A stretch of 64,000 nt of DNA from NCBI GenBank assembly GCA_965249725.1, contig CBDFMQ010000001.1:288001-352000 (forward strand). The letters run 5' to 3'. A program made the translations under genes and the position numbers. The notes beneath the pieces are model-generated. The model worked only from the letters and a program-made list of their open reading frames with translations, ran no database searches and had not been told where the DNA came from. The number at the start of each line of letters is the position of its first letter. Position 1 is the stretch's first letter. The stretch is from Longimicrobiales bacterium. GTDB lineage: Bacteria; Gemmatimonadota; Gemmatimonadetes; Longimicrobiales; Gaopeijiaceae. Of this stretch, positions 40,471 through 59,699 are shown in pieces.

Positions 40471-40548
40471 TCCGTTCGCTTCTTCTGTTATTGAACACGT
40501 GCTCGTTCGGCCTCTCCTCGGGGTTCGGGCCGACAAAGGGGGCAACCC

Positions 40549-44745
<4,197 letters not shown>

Positions 44746-44748
44746 ACG

Positions 44749-49047
<4,299 letters not shown>

Positions 49048-49053
49048 GTGATG

Positions 49054-49158
49054 GGGGAGAGTATCGTCGTCTTCCGCTCCGCGCGGACGCTACGCTCTGC
49101 GGCGTTGCCGCAGACGCCGGGCTTCAACCGCGCTTCGGGAAGGCGACGATCCTCTCCT
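49054..49158. repeat. Long inverted repeat with nested hairpin after rpoC
   Basis: GGAGAGTATCGTCGTCTTCC / GGAAGGCGACGATCCTCTCC with inner TCTGCGGC-GTT-GCCGCAGA. Confidence 0.7.
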
Positions 49159-49248
49159 CGATCATCTTGTCGGCGTTACGCTGCAACAAGCCGGTAGCAG
49201 GCTTCGCAGGATCTTCCATGTTGGCTTTGAGCGGGGGCGTATAGATCC

Positions 49249-50430
49249 ATGCGCGCCGATCCAGCGATTGACTTTCTTGCCGATGTGTTGGCGGGTCGCA
49301 CACCCTTGGAGCTTGGACCGGCGGGGGCCGATCGGGATCGTACGGTCGAGCTGCTGGGCTTTCACCGACTGATGGGGCTCTGGTACTCGGAGGTGCGCGC
49401 GGCGGGGACCGACCCGGCGGCGGGCCTGGAGCCGGAGCTGGCCGAGAGCCTGAGAGACCAGTACCTGCGGACCGGGTTTCACTCCACTCTGGTCGTCGAG
49501 TCTGCTGAGCGTGCGCGGATGGCCCTTCAGGCTTCCGGGATTCCCTCCATCGCGTTCAAGGGTGTCGCTCTGCTCCAGAACGGGACGTACAAAGAGCCGG
49601 CCCGCCGGAGCCTGGACGACGCGGACCTTCTGGTCCCTGAGGACTCGGCGGGCGCTGCGGTGAAGGCACTTCAGTCCGTGGGCTTCGACCCCTGGGTGGA
49701 ATGGGATGAATCCCGTGTCGGGTGGCTGCCGGCCTTCACCTTTGCGGACACGCGGGCCCCGGAGGGCATGCCGGTCTCTCTCGACCTCCATTGGCGTACG
49801 CCCTACGCGTCGTTTCGAAGCGGATCGGACGTAGACCCACAGGTGTTGTGGGAGGGGGCGGACGTCGAGGCGGGGCTGCCGGCCGAAGAGCCGCACTTCC
49901 TGCTCCTGATCGAGCATTTTCTGAAGCACCTACGGGTGGTGACCCATGCGAGAGCGATCGGGGACATGGTTCGGTCGCTGGACCGAGTTGCCAGGCCCGA
50001 ACTCCTGGTCACCCTCGCGGATCGGCGGGGGAGCCTTCGCGGTCTGCGGGTAATGCTAGCCTTTCTGAGGGACGACCTGGAGGTCCCGGTGCCGGACCCC
50101 ATACTTTCGGGTGTCGGCGTGCCGGGGCGGATGCCGCGCGCCTCCTCCAGGTTCCTGAATCGGGCGCGCCTCTTCGGCACCGAGCCGGCTGTCACGGGCG
50201 GCCGAGTCCGAGGGCTGCGCGCACAGTGGGCGCTCGGCGGATCGCCGTTCTCGATACTGCGCGACGCCTTCGAAGTCGTCCTGCCCCCGAGGTCCTGGCT
50301 GGACCACCGCTATCCGGACGTCGCGGCCGGATGGAGCCGTCGACGTCTGCGTCACTTCAAGGCGGTGGGGGCGTGGCTGATCGGGCAGGGTGTGTCCCCG
50401 CTGTCTCCGAATCAGGAGTTCGAGGAGTGA
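49249..50430 (+). CDS. Nucleotidyltransferase family protein (NTP_transf_5-like)
   Basis: GIPSIAFKGVAL...Y.EPARRSLDDADLLV, LDLHWR. Confidence 0.82.
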   Translation: MRADPAIDFLADVLAGRTPLELGPAGADRDRTVELLGFHRLMGLWYSEVRAAGTDPAAGLEPELAESLRDQYLRTGFHSTLVVESAERARMALQASGIPSIAFKGVALLQNGTYKEPARRSLDDADLLVPEDSAGAAVKALQSVGFDPWVEWDESRVGWLPAFTFADTRAPEGMPVSLDLHWRTPYASFRSGSDVDPQVLWEGADVEAGLPAEEPHFLLLIEHFLKHLRVVTHARAIGDMVRSLDRVARPELLVTLADRRGSLRGLRVMLAFLRDDLEVPVPDPILSGVGVPGRMPRASSRFLNRARLFGTEPAVTGGRVRGLRAQWALGGSPFSILRDAFEVVLPPRSWLDHRYPDVAAGWSRRRLRHFKAVGAWLIGQGVSPLSPNQEFEE

Positions 50431-51314
50431 GGGTCCGGTTCTCGTTCGAGGGTGCGATGACCGAAGTGCTGGTAGAGGCGACGACGCTCGCTCCCCAGGT
50501 CTCGGCGCTGTTTCCGGGAGGCCGGATCGAGGAGGCCGATGGGACTGAGGCGGAAGAGGGTGCAGCGGAAGGGGGTGTAGCCCCCGGCATGCGTGTCCTG
50601 CCCGAATCGGACGGGTTCGCTCTTCACGTGCAGGACGCGCGAGAGACGTTCGATTCCGTTCCCGACCTGCTGGCGGCGATCGAGTTCGCCGTAGTGAACG
50701 ACCTTCTCGCTCAAGATGTGGGGAGCACCCACCTGCATGCGGCAGGTGCGATGACCGAACGGGGCGCCGTGTTGGTCTCGGGTCCCTCGGGCGCCGGCAA
50801 GTCCAGCATGGCGTTGGCGTGGTCCTTGGCGGGACATCGACTCCTGGGCGACGATGTCGTACGCCTCGATGAGAACGGCTTGTTGGGACCCTTTCCCAAG
50901 CTGCTCAAGGTGGACCCGCTCCTGTTGCCGGAGCATGGGCTCGCCCCGGAGGATACTCCTGCTTGGGATCCCGAGGCCGACGAGGCGTGGTTCGACCCGA
51001 CGACTGCCGGCGGTTGGGCAAACAAGGGGAGTCGCGCGGCCGTCTTGGCCCGGATAGAGTATGGTGACTTGGAGAGGACGCAGATCCGAGAAGAAGAGGC
51101 GGGCGTAGGCCTTCGCATTCTCTTGGATTCGGTGCAGGCGACGGGCTTACGGAGAGAGGAGAGCATGGACCGCTTTATCGCCCTGTTGGAGGGTGTTCGG
51201 GTGTTCGATGTGCGTTACGCGTCGTCCCGAGATGCGGCCCGTGCGATCGCCGAGCTGGCCGAGGAGGCCGGAGAGTCGCCGACTCGGGTGTCGGAGACTC
51301 GGGTCGAGTCGTGA
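50427..51314 (+). CDS. HPr kinase-related P-loop kinase
   Basis: HLHAAG, Walker A GPSGAGKSS, LLGDDVVRL; GTGA overlap with the upstream gene. Confidence 0.82.
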   Translation: MRVRFSFEGAMTEVLVEATTLAPQVSALFPGGRIEEADGTEAEEGAAEGGVAPGMRVLPESDGFALHVQDARETFDSVPDLLAAIEFAVVNDLLAQDVGSTHLHAAGAMTERGAVLVSGPSGAGKSSMALAWSLAGHRLLGDDVVRLDENGLLGPFPKLLKVDPLLLPEHGLAPEDTPAWDPEADEAWFDPTTAGGWANKGSRAAVLARIEYGDLERTQIREEEAGVGLRILLDSVQATGLRREESMDRFIALLEGVRVFDVRYASSRDAARAIAELAEEAGESPTRVSETRVES

Positions 51315-51601
51315 CCGGCTCCGGCATGCCCGCGAACGCGGGCCACCCGAGGGTGAGGGACGACGCGGTCTTTCGGTCTCTCGGAACGGAGTGGGTGGTG
51401 TATGATCCCCGCACGCAGCTGCTGCACGTGCTGAACACCACGGCGGCTCTCGTCTGGTCGTCCTGTGACGGCTCTCGGTCACCCGAGGACATCGCACGTG
51501 AGTTGACCGAGGTCCTGTCCGAGGCTCCTTCCGGGGATCTCGTCCTCGAAGAGGTGCGCGAGACGATCGACGGATTCCGAGGCCAGGGACTGCTCGAGTG
51601 A
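51311..51601 (+). CDS. PqqD-family RiPP recognition element (peptide chaperone)
   Basis: EWVVYDPRTQLLHVLNTTAALVWSSCDGSRSPEDIARELT...FRGQGLLE; GTGA overlap. Confidence 0.88.
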   Translation: MTGSGMPANAGHPRVRDDAVFRSLGTEWVVYDPRTQLLHVLNTTAALVWSSCDGSRSPEDIARELTEVLSEAPSGDLVLEEVRETIDGFRGQGLLE

Positions 51602-52590
51602 GCACCCCCTATTACGCGAGCCTGCTGAGTTACTCGAACCGCATCGACCTCTTTCGGCGCGCGATCGAGGAGGCCGTGAGACCCGGCGACCGAGTGCTTG
51701 ATGTCGGAACGGGCCTGGGGACGTTCGGCTTCTTCGCGGCGCAGTCGGGGGCCGAGCGTGTGGTGGCCGTCGACTCGAGCCCGGTAGTCCACCTCGCGGA
51801 GACTCTGGCTTCGGCGAACGGGCTGGCTGACCGGATTGAGTTCGTTCGGGGCTCCCTTCCGGGTGCGCCCATCCAGGGGGAGTTCGACGTCATCATCTTC
51901 GAGGACTTCCCGACGCCGTTCCTCGACCACTCCACATTCGGTCTGCTCAAGACTCTGCAGGAGGAACATCTCGCGCCCGGTGGCAGGGTGCTTCCCCGAT
52001 CGGCTCGCATGTGCCTGGCGCCGGTGCAGTCACATTCCGTATGGAACGAGACGTTTCCCTTGGACGCACAAGGGCACGAGCGCTGGGATCTGGATTGGAC
52101 CGGCATCCGGCCCTTCCTGGCCAATACGCCCCGGCAGCTCAGCCTGAGGCCTGAGGACATACAGGGAGAAGTGGTATTTGGACCCTCCTTGCCGCTGCAG
52201 CCGGTGCCCACGGCTCCGGAGCTTCGGGTAGAGGGGAGCTGGGATGGCGGGGAGCCTGGAGTTGTCCACGGGCTGGCACTGTGGTTCGACCTCGAGATAC
52301 ACGCAGGTGGGTGGATCTCCAACGGCCCGCGGCCGGATACGGAGCCCTGGGGGCAGTGGTTCCTGCCCGTCGACCGGCCGCTCGAGGTAGGTGCGGGACA
52401 AACGCTGCAGGCCTCCGTTTGGCGGGAGGCCTTGGAGCACGGGGCCCCCGGGTGGACGGGGTGGGAGTGCCGGGTCGAGGGTGAGGTGAGGAAGGGCCAT
52501 GAGTTCGCGGGGATGGTCGTTGGCGTCCAGGACTTGACGGACCCAGTGACGGACCCAGTGACGGAACGTGGTAGCGGAGACACCCCGTAG
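51598..52590 (+). CDS. SAM-dependent methyltransferase with protein-arginine-methyltransferase (PRMT)-like two-domain layout
   Basis: VLDVGTGLG, FAAQSGAERVVAVD, FDVIIFE, LAPGGRVLP, VHGLALWFD, SNGP...EPWGQ; GTGA overlap. Confidence 0.8.
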   Translation: MSTPYYASLLSYSNRIDLFRRAIEEAVRPGDRVLDVGTGLGTFGFFAAQSGAERVVAVDSSPVVHLAETLASANGLADRIEFVRGSLPGAPIQGEFDVIIFEDFPTPFLDHSTFGLLKTLQEEHLAPGGRVLPRSARMCLAPVQSHSVWNETFPLDAQGHERWDLDWTGIRPFLANTPRQLSLRPEDIQGEVVFGPSLPLQPVPTAPELRVEGSWDGGEPGVVHGLALWFDLEIHAGGWISNGPRPDTEPWGQWFLPVDRPLEVGAGQTLQASVWREALEHGAPGWTGWECRVEGEVRKGHEFAGMVVGVQDLTDPVTDPVTERGSGDTP

Positions 52591-52723
52591 CTCCGCGGAC
52601 CGTCCTTTGGCGATGCCCCCAAGGTTGACATCCACTCCAGAGTCGGCCGACCTTTGAGAATGGCGCCTGTCCCTAGAAGAGGGGGGCGCCAAACAGTTCT
52701 TGATCCCGTGGGGGAGAGAGTCA

Positions 52724-52936
52724 TTGGACGACCGACGTAGGTTCCTACTCAAGGTGGCGGCGGGTGTCACGTATGCCACGCCGGTGATCCGCACGATGGC
52801 CGCCCCACCCGCGCTCACGGCCCAGGTCACCGGAAAGATGATGATGGGCATGGGCATGGGCATGCTTATCATCGCGCCGCCGCCACCCTCTCCTACGACG
52901 AGTACTGCCCCCTGGGCGAAGAGGCCCCCGGGTTAG
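52724..52936 (+). CDS. Putative precursor/substrate peptide (70 aa)
   Basis: GGGGAG RBS plus TTG; MDDRRRFLLKVAAGVTYATPVIRTMAAPPALTAQVTGKMMMGMGMGMLIIAPPPPSPTTSTAPWAKRPPG; TTGACA upstream at 52625. Confidence 0.7.
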   Translation: MDDRRRFLLKVAAGVTYATPVIRTMAAPPALTAQVTGKMMMGMGMGMLIIAPPPPSPTTSTAPWAKRPPG

Positions 52937-53052
52937 CTTCCAGAAGCTCGCCGCACGGCCGCATTTGATCACCCTTCCGCTCCCCTGAGGCATCTGCTCT
53001 CGCGGACCCGCAAGCCCCCGGCTGGAGCGGGTTTTCCGGGTGCTCGAACCCG

Positions 53053-53081
53053 TTGACACCCCCCTAAGCCTCTTTTAACTT
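53053..53081 (+). promoter_or_regulatory. Sigma70-like promoter of the str operon
   Basis: TTGACA-17 bp-TAACTT. Confidence 0.7.
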
Positions 53082-53204
53082 TCCAAGTCTTTCCCGGAGA
53101 TGCGCCGACGCGTCGGTGACTCCGGCTCCTAAACCGCGCTAAAACCCGCGCCAGGAAGGCGCGCAATGAAGCGCGTTTTTTTGACGACATGAACCTGGGC
53201 TGAC

Positions 53205-53576
53205 ATGCCTACGATCAACCAACTCGTTCGCAAGGGACGTCGCGAACTTCAGAAGAAGAACAAGTCCCCTGCGTTGCAGAAGAATCCTCAGAAGAGGGGC
53301 GTTTGCACACGTGTATACACCACCACACCCAAGAAGCCGAATTCCGCGCTGCGGAAGGTGGCCAGGGTGCGGCTCACGAACGGGTACGAAGTCACGTCGT
53401 ACATCGGTGGAGAGGGACACAACCTCCAGGAGCACTCGATCGTGCTCATCCGAGGGGGCCGGGTGAAGGACCTGCCCGGCGTGCGGTACCACGTCGTCCG
53501 GGGAACCCTGGACGCATCAGGTGTCAGCGATCGGCGACAGGGTCGGTCGAAGTACGGCGCCAAGAGACCTAAGTAG
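53205..53576 (+). CDS. rpsL: 30S ribosomal protein S12
   Basis: [29 protein letters not shown]. Confidence 0.99.
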   Translation: MPTINQLVRKGRRELQKKNKSPALQKNPQKRGVCTRVYTTTPKKPNSALRKVARVRLTNGYEVTSYIGGEGHNLQEHSIVLIRGGRVKDLPGVRYHVVRGTLDASGVSDRRQGRSKYGAKRPK

Positions 53577-53586
53577 CGGATAGAGA

Positions 53587-54057
53587 ATGAGTCGTCGCAC
53601 AAGGGCAGTTCGCCGGGAACTCACCCCAGATCCGAGATATGATTCGACCGAGGTGACGAAGTTCATCAACAACCTCATGGTCGATGGGAAGAAGTCCCTG
53701 GCTGAAAAGATATTCTACGGGGCTCTGGATATCTGCGAGGAGCGTTCGGGCCAACCTGGTCTGAACATCTTCTCGCAGGCGCTCACCAACGCGAAGCCCG
53801 CGCTCGAGGTTAAGAGCCGGCGCGTAGGTGGTGCCACATACCAGGTTCCGATCGAGGTCCGGCCTGATCGCCGGGCCGCACTAGCGAGCCGCTGGCTCAT
53901 CAGCTTCTCCCGCAATCGTGGGGAAAAGACGATGGCCGAACGACTCGCGTTTGAATTCCTGGCAGCTAGCCGGGGTGAGGGCGCAACTATCAAGAAAAAG
54001 GACGACATACATCGGATGGCGGAGGCGAACAAGGCGTTCGCCCACTATCGCTGGTAG
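53587..54057 (+). CDS. rpsG: 30S ribosomal protein S7
   Basis: [35 protein letters not shown]. Confidence 0.99.
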   Translation: MSRRTRAVRRELTPDPRYDSTEVTKFINNLMVDGKKSLAEKIFYGALDICEERSGQPGLNIFSQALTNAKPALEVKSRRVGGATYQVPIEVRPDRRAALASRWLISFSRNRGEKTMAERLAFEFLAASRGEGATIKKKDDIHRMAEANKAFAHYRW

Positions 54058-54325
54058 TCAAAATCCGCTTGAGCCCCAGGTGCCGCTGAACGAGGCCTGG
54101 TAAGAGCTCAACCCTGTTGTCTCGCGCATGTAGCGTCGGGGCACGAAGCGCGGAGGCTGCCGGTGTAAGGCTACGGCAGCCAGACAGAAGGGCGCGCTTT
54201 CTGCTTCAGAATCGCTCGTGCGCTTTTTTTTCCGCCGAAGGGTGTGGTCCGACGACGTCGGCATGTTGGACGTCGACAATGGGAATCAACTGAAGGAAAG
54301 AGTCCGAGAGACGGAATAGAGATAG

Positions 54326-56425
54326 ATGTCCAGACGTACACCCCTGAAGGACCTGAGAAATATCGGCATCATGGCCCACATCGATGCCGGTAAGACGACT
54401 ACGACCGAGCGCGTCCTGTACTATACGGGTCGACTGCATCGGGTCGGTGAGGTTCATGAGGGCGCTGCCACCATGGACTGGATGGAGCAGGAGCAGGAAC
54501 GCGGGATCACCATCACCTCGGCTGCCACGACCTGCCAGTGGGAGCGCAACGAGACCGAGTATCGCATCAACATCATCGATACTCCCGGTCACGTGGACTT
54601 CACCGCCGAGGTCGAGCGCTCGCTCCGAGTCCTCGATGGTGCGGTTGCCGTCTTCTGCGCCGTGGGTGGCGTGGAGCCTCAGTCCGAGACAGTCTGGCGA
54701 CAGGCCGACCGATACGGGGTCCCTCGAATTGCCCTGGTCAACAAAATGGACCGAGTCGGCGCCGATTTCGAGAATGTCCTCGGAATGATGCGCGAGAGAC
54801 TCGGAGCCAACGCCTTCGCCGTCCAGTATCCCCTCGGCGAAGGCGATCTTTTTACGGGTATCATCGACATCGTGGGCCAGAAGGCGCTGCACTATCAGGA
54901 GGAGCTGGGTTCCGAGGTGACCGAGGGCCCCGTACCGGATTCCCTGACCGAGAAGATCGCGGAACTCCGGCACGAGATCATGGAAGCTGCGGTCGAGCAC
55001 GACGACGAACTGCTCGAGAAGTACTTGGGAGGCGAGGAGCTCACCGAGGACGAGCTCCGCAAGGCGATCCGCAGCGCTACCATCTCCGGCAAGCTGTTCC
55101 CGGTCTTCTGTGGCTCGGCGTTCAAGAACAAGGGCGTTCGGGCGATGCTGGACGGCGTGATCGACTATCTGCCGTCCCCGCTCGATGTGCCTCCGATCCA
55201 GGGTCACCTTCCCCAGCACGACGAGACCCACGAGTTCCGGGAGGCATCGGACGACGCCCCGTTCAGCGCGCTGGCGTTCAAGATCATGACCGACCCGTTT
55301 GTCGGGAAGCTCACGTACGTCCGGGTCTATTCGGGTTCGCTCCCGTCGGGCAGTTATGTGCTCAACGCGACCAAGGATCGTAAGGAGCGCGTCGGCCGTT
55401 TGCTCCAGATGCATGCGAACAAGCGGGAGGAGCGAGAAGAGGTCTTCGCGGGCGACATTGCCGCCGTGGTCGGTCTCAAAGACGTGAAGACAGGACACAC
55501 CCTCTGTCACCCGGATTCTCCGATCATTCTCGAGGCGATGAATTTCCCCGAGCCGGTGATCGCGGTGGCCATCGAGCCGAAGACCAGGGCCGATCAGGAC
55601 AAACTGACCGCAGGGCTGGTCAAGTTGGCCGACGAAGATCCGACTTTCCGTGTACGCACGGACGAGGAGACGTCGCAAACCATCATCAGCGGCATGGGTG
55701 AGCTCCACCTGGAGATCATCGTGGACCGGTTGCGCAGAGAGTTCAGTGTGGAGGCCAACATCGGTCGCCCGCAGGTCTCCTACCGCGAGACCATCCGAAC
55801 CCGCTCCGAGAAGGTCGAGGGCAAGTTCGTCCGGCAGTCAGGTGGACGAGGCCAGTACGGACACGTGGTCATCAACGTCGAGCCGTCGGGGGCGGGCATC
55901 GGGTTCGTCTTCGAGGACAAGATCAAGGGTGGCACGATCCCCAGGGAGTACATCAGCTCCGTGGAGCAGGGGGTCAAGGAAGCTCTCGAGACCGGCATCC
56001 TGGCCGGCTATCCCGTCATCGACGTGAAGGTCGAGCTCATCGACGGGTCCTATCACGACGTGGACTCGAGCGAGATGGCCTTCAAGATCGCCGGCTCCAT
56101 GGCGATCAAGAACGGCATCAAGAAGTCCAAGCCCGTGCTCCTGGAGCCCGTCATGGACGTCGAAGTCGTGACGCCCCATGACTACATGGGCGACATCATT
56201 GGCGACCTGTCTTCCCGTAGAGGCAAAATCGGCGGGATGACGGACCGGGGCGATGCCCAGGTCATCGGGGCCAGCGTGCCCTTGGGCGAGATGTTCGGAT
56301 ACGCCACGACCCTCCGCTCGCTGAGCCAGGGCCGGGCCGTGTACACGATGCAGTTCGCCCAGTACGAAGAGGTACCCAAGAACGCTGCAGAGGAAATCAT
56401 CAACGCCAACGGCGGTGGCGACTAA
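54326..56425 (+). CDS. fusA: Elongation factor G
   Basis: [29 protein letters not shown]. Confidence 0.99.
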   Translation: MSRRTPLKDLRNIGIMAHIDAGKTTTTERVLYYTGRLHRVGEVHEGAATMDWMEQEQERGITITSAATTCQWERNETEYRINIIDTPGHVDFTAEVERSLRVLDGAVAVFCAVGGVEPQSETVWRQADRYGVPRIALVNKMDRVGADFENVLGMMRERLGANAFAVQYPLGEGDLFTGIIDIVGQKALHYQEELGSEVTEGPVPDSLTEKIAELRHEIMEAAVEHDDELLEKYLGGEELTEDELRKAIRSATISGKLFPVFCGSAFKNKGVRAMLDGVIDYLPSPLDVPPIQGHLPQHDETHEFREASDDAPFSALAFKIMTDPFVGKLTYVRVYSGSLPSGSYVLNATKDRKERVGRLLQMHANKREEREEVFAGDIAAVVGLKDVKTGHTLCHPDSPIILEAMNFPEPVIAVAIEPKTRADQDKLTAGLVKLADEDPTFRVRTDEETSQTIISGMGELHLEIIVDRLRREFSVEANIGRPQVSYRETIRTRSEKVEGKFVRQSGGRGQYGHVVINVEPSGAGIGFVFEDKIKGGTIPREYISSVEQGVKEALETGILAGYPVIDVKVELIDGSYHDVDSSEMAFKIAGSMAIKNGIKKSKPVLLEPVMDVEVVTPHDYMGDIIGDLSSRRGKIGGMTDRGDAQVIGASVPLGEMFGYATTLRSLSQGRAVYTMQFAQYEEVPKNAAEEIINANGGGD

Positions 56426-56466
56426 CCGATCACCGGCACAGGCTAGGAAGCCTCCGAGGAAGAACC

Positions 56467-57657
<1,191 letters not shown>

Positions 57658-57669
57658 ATAGAGGAAAAG

Positions 57670-57978
57670 ATGGCAGACAGGATTCGCATCAGGCTGAAGG
57701 CCTTCGACCACTGGGTCGTGGATCAGACGGCGGCGGACATCGTGCGTACGGCGCAGAAGACGGGCGCCAGCGTGCGGGGTCCGATCCCGTTGCCCACGCG
57801 GCGCGAGCGTTGGACGGTGTTGCGCTCGCCTCACATCGACAAGAAGAGTCGCGAGCAGTTCGAGCTTCGGACGCACAAGCGGCTCATCGACATCGTCGAT
57901 AGCCGCCCGCAGACAGTCGACGCGCTGACGAAGCTCGATTTGCCTACTGGCGTAGACGTCGAAATCAAGGTCGACTAA
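57670..57978 (+). CDS. rpsJ: 30S ribosomal protein S10
   Basis: [24 protein letters not shown]. Confidence 0.98.
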   Translation: MADRIRIRLKAFDHWVVDQTAADIVRTAQKTGASVRGPIPLPTRRERWTVLRSPHIDKKSREQFELRTHKRLIDIVDSRPQTVDALTKLDLPTGVDVEIKVD

Positions 57979-58595
57979 TGCCTGGATTGATTGGAAAGAA
58001 GATCGGGATGACCCGGATCTTCGACGAGGATGGCGCGGCACAGTCCGTGACGGTCGTGGAGGCAGGGCCTTGCCCGGTGCTCCAGATCAAGAGCGACGAG
58101 ACCGACGGGTACTCCGCCGTCCAGTTGGGCTTCGGCGCCCAGAAGGACAAGCGAGGCAGCATGGCAGAAAAGGGCCATGCCGCGAAGGCCGGAGTCGACG
58201 TGGCTCCTCGCGTTGTACGTGAGTTCCCGGTGGACGAGGGCACCGAGCACGAGCTCGGACAGGCCATCACCGTCGAGGTCTTCGAGGCGGGTGACGCGGT
58301 CAAGGTGACCGGTACCTCGAAGGGGAAAGGCTTTCAGGGCGTTGTGAAGCGTTGGGGCTTCGCAGGGCGGCCGGCTTCGCACGGGCACCCGGGTTCGCGG
58401 ACTCCGGGCTCCATGGGACCCGGAACGGATCCGTCGAGAGTCATCAAGGGCAAGAAGTTGCCGGGCCGCATGGGTGGCCGAAGGGTCACGCTGGGCAACC
58501 AAAAAATCGTGAGAGTGGACGCGGAGCGTAACCTGCTCTTCATCAAGGGTGGGGTTCCGGGATCCAGAAACAGCTATCTGTTGATACAGAAGTGA
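57978..58595 (+). CDS. rplC: 50S ribosomal protein L3
   Basis: GKKIGMT, DGYSAVQLG, SKGKGFQG. Confidence 0.98.
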   Translation: MPGLIGKKIGMTRIFDEDGAAQSVTVVEAGPCPVLQIKSDETDGYSAVQLGFGAQKDKRGSMAEKGHAAKAGVDVAPRVVREFPVDEGTEHELGQAITVEVFEAGDAVKVTGTSKGKGFQGVVKRWGFAGRPASHGHPGSRTPGSMGPGTDPSRVIKGKKLPGRMGGRRVTLGNQKIVRVDAERNLLFIKGGVPGSRNSYLLIQK

Positions 58596-58598
58596 CGC

Positions 58599-59699
58599 AT
58601 GCTTAAAGCACGCTACTACCAGACTGATGGAGCCAAGGGGGGAGAGCAGAAGCTCCCCGAATGGCTCTTTGACGGCGTCGTCAACGAGGACGTCCTCCAC
58701 CAGGTGATCAAGGCCTACCTGTCGAATCAGCGACAGGGGACGGCGGCGGCCAAGTCCCGCGGACAGGTTGCCGGCGGTGCGGCTAAGCCCTGGAAACAGA
58801 AGGGAACCGGTCGCGCCCGTGCAGGAACGATCCGGGCCGCACAGTGGGCCGGGGGCGGCGTGGCCTTCCCTCCGATCCCCCACTCGTGGCGGCAACGGGT
58901 GCCCAAGAAGGTACGGGCCCTCGCCCGCCGGTCCGCGTTCAACACGCGAGCCCAGGGTGAGCGCGTGGTCCTGGTGGACTCCATCGACTTCGAGGCTCCC
59001 AAGACCAAGCAGTTGTTGGCCTTTCTCGCGGCCATCGGCGCGGAGGGAAAGACCCTCGTGCTGACGGACGGCGCCAAGGACAACGTCCACCTTTCGGCGC
59101 GCAACCTGCCGAACGTGGAGACGCGTCCCTTCGGCCAGGAGTCCGCGTACGACATTCTGTGGGCCAACGTCGTGGTCATCGAGAAGGCCGCTCTGGACGC
59201 GGCCGAGCCGTCTGAGGCCGACCGCGAGGCGACGGCGACCAAGGGTCGCGGTGAGGAGCCGGAGGTGCGGGGCCGCGAGCGCGACGCCATAGCGGCCCAG
59301 GCCGAGCGCAGGAAGGCTCGCATGGGCCACAAGAAGACGGCGAAGCCAGTGGCGAAGCCAGTGGCCAAGGCGGCCGCTCCAAAGGCGAAGGCCAAGGCCG
59401 ACGTCGAAGAGGCGAAGCCCAAGGTCGAGACGAAACCGAAGGCCGAGGCGAAGCCCAAGGTAGAGAAGGAAGCTGCGCCCAAGGCGGAGAAGCCCGCCGA
59501 GGCCGCACCGGCCGACGCGGCTGCCGTGAAGCCGCCCAAGGTCGGGGAGTTGGCTGACTTCCTAGCCAACATCGACTCGGCCGACGACGTGAAGGCGCTC
59601 AAGGCCGCCGACAGCCGGAAGACGGCCCAGGCCCACTATGATGCGCGCCTGCTCGAGCTTTCGGGCGGAGCCGACGAGGAGGGTGGCGACGATGCGTGA
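58599..59699 (+). CDS. rplD: 50S ribosomal protein L4 with a long C-terminal extension
   Basis: RQGTAAAKSR, KPWKQKGTGRARAG, LSARNLP; about 165 extra C-terminal residues. Confidence 0.96.
   Translation: MLKARYYQTDGAKGGEQKLPEWLFDGVVNEDVLHQVIKAYLSNQRQGTAAAKSRGQVAGGAAKPWKQKGTGRARAGTIRAAQWAGGGVAFPPIPHSWRQRVPKKVRALARRSAFNTRAQGERVVLVDSIDFEAPKTKQLLAFLAAIGAEGKTLVLTDGAKDNVHLSARNLPNVETRPFGQESAYDILWANVVVIEKAALDAAEPSEADREATATKGRGEEPEVRGRERDAIAAQAERRKARMGHKKTAKPVAKPVAKAAAPKAKAKADVEEAKPKVETKPKAEAKPKVEKEAAPKAEKPAEAAPADAAAVKPPKVGELADFLANIDSADDVKALKAADSRKTAQAHYDARLLELSGGADEEGGDDA

Noticed and set aside
49722..50426. 530-aa ORF suggesting a long N-terminal extension of the kinase
   Set aside because: Overlaps the nucleotidyltransferase in another frame; the GTGA-coupled start at 50427 is more plausible.
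52536..52565. 12-bp tandem repeat (TDPVTDPVT) at the methyltransferase C-terminus, and similar repeats at the kinase end
   Set aside because: Probably neutral slippage in disordered tails.
49249..52936. Calling the cluster a lasso peptide locus
   Set aside because: No asparagine-synthetase-like cyclase or B2 protease is present, and the putative core has no Asp/Glu for macrolactam formation.
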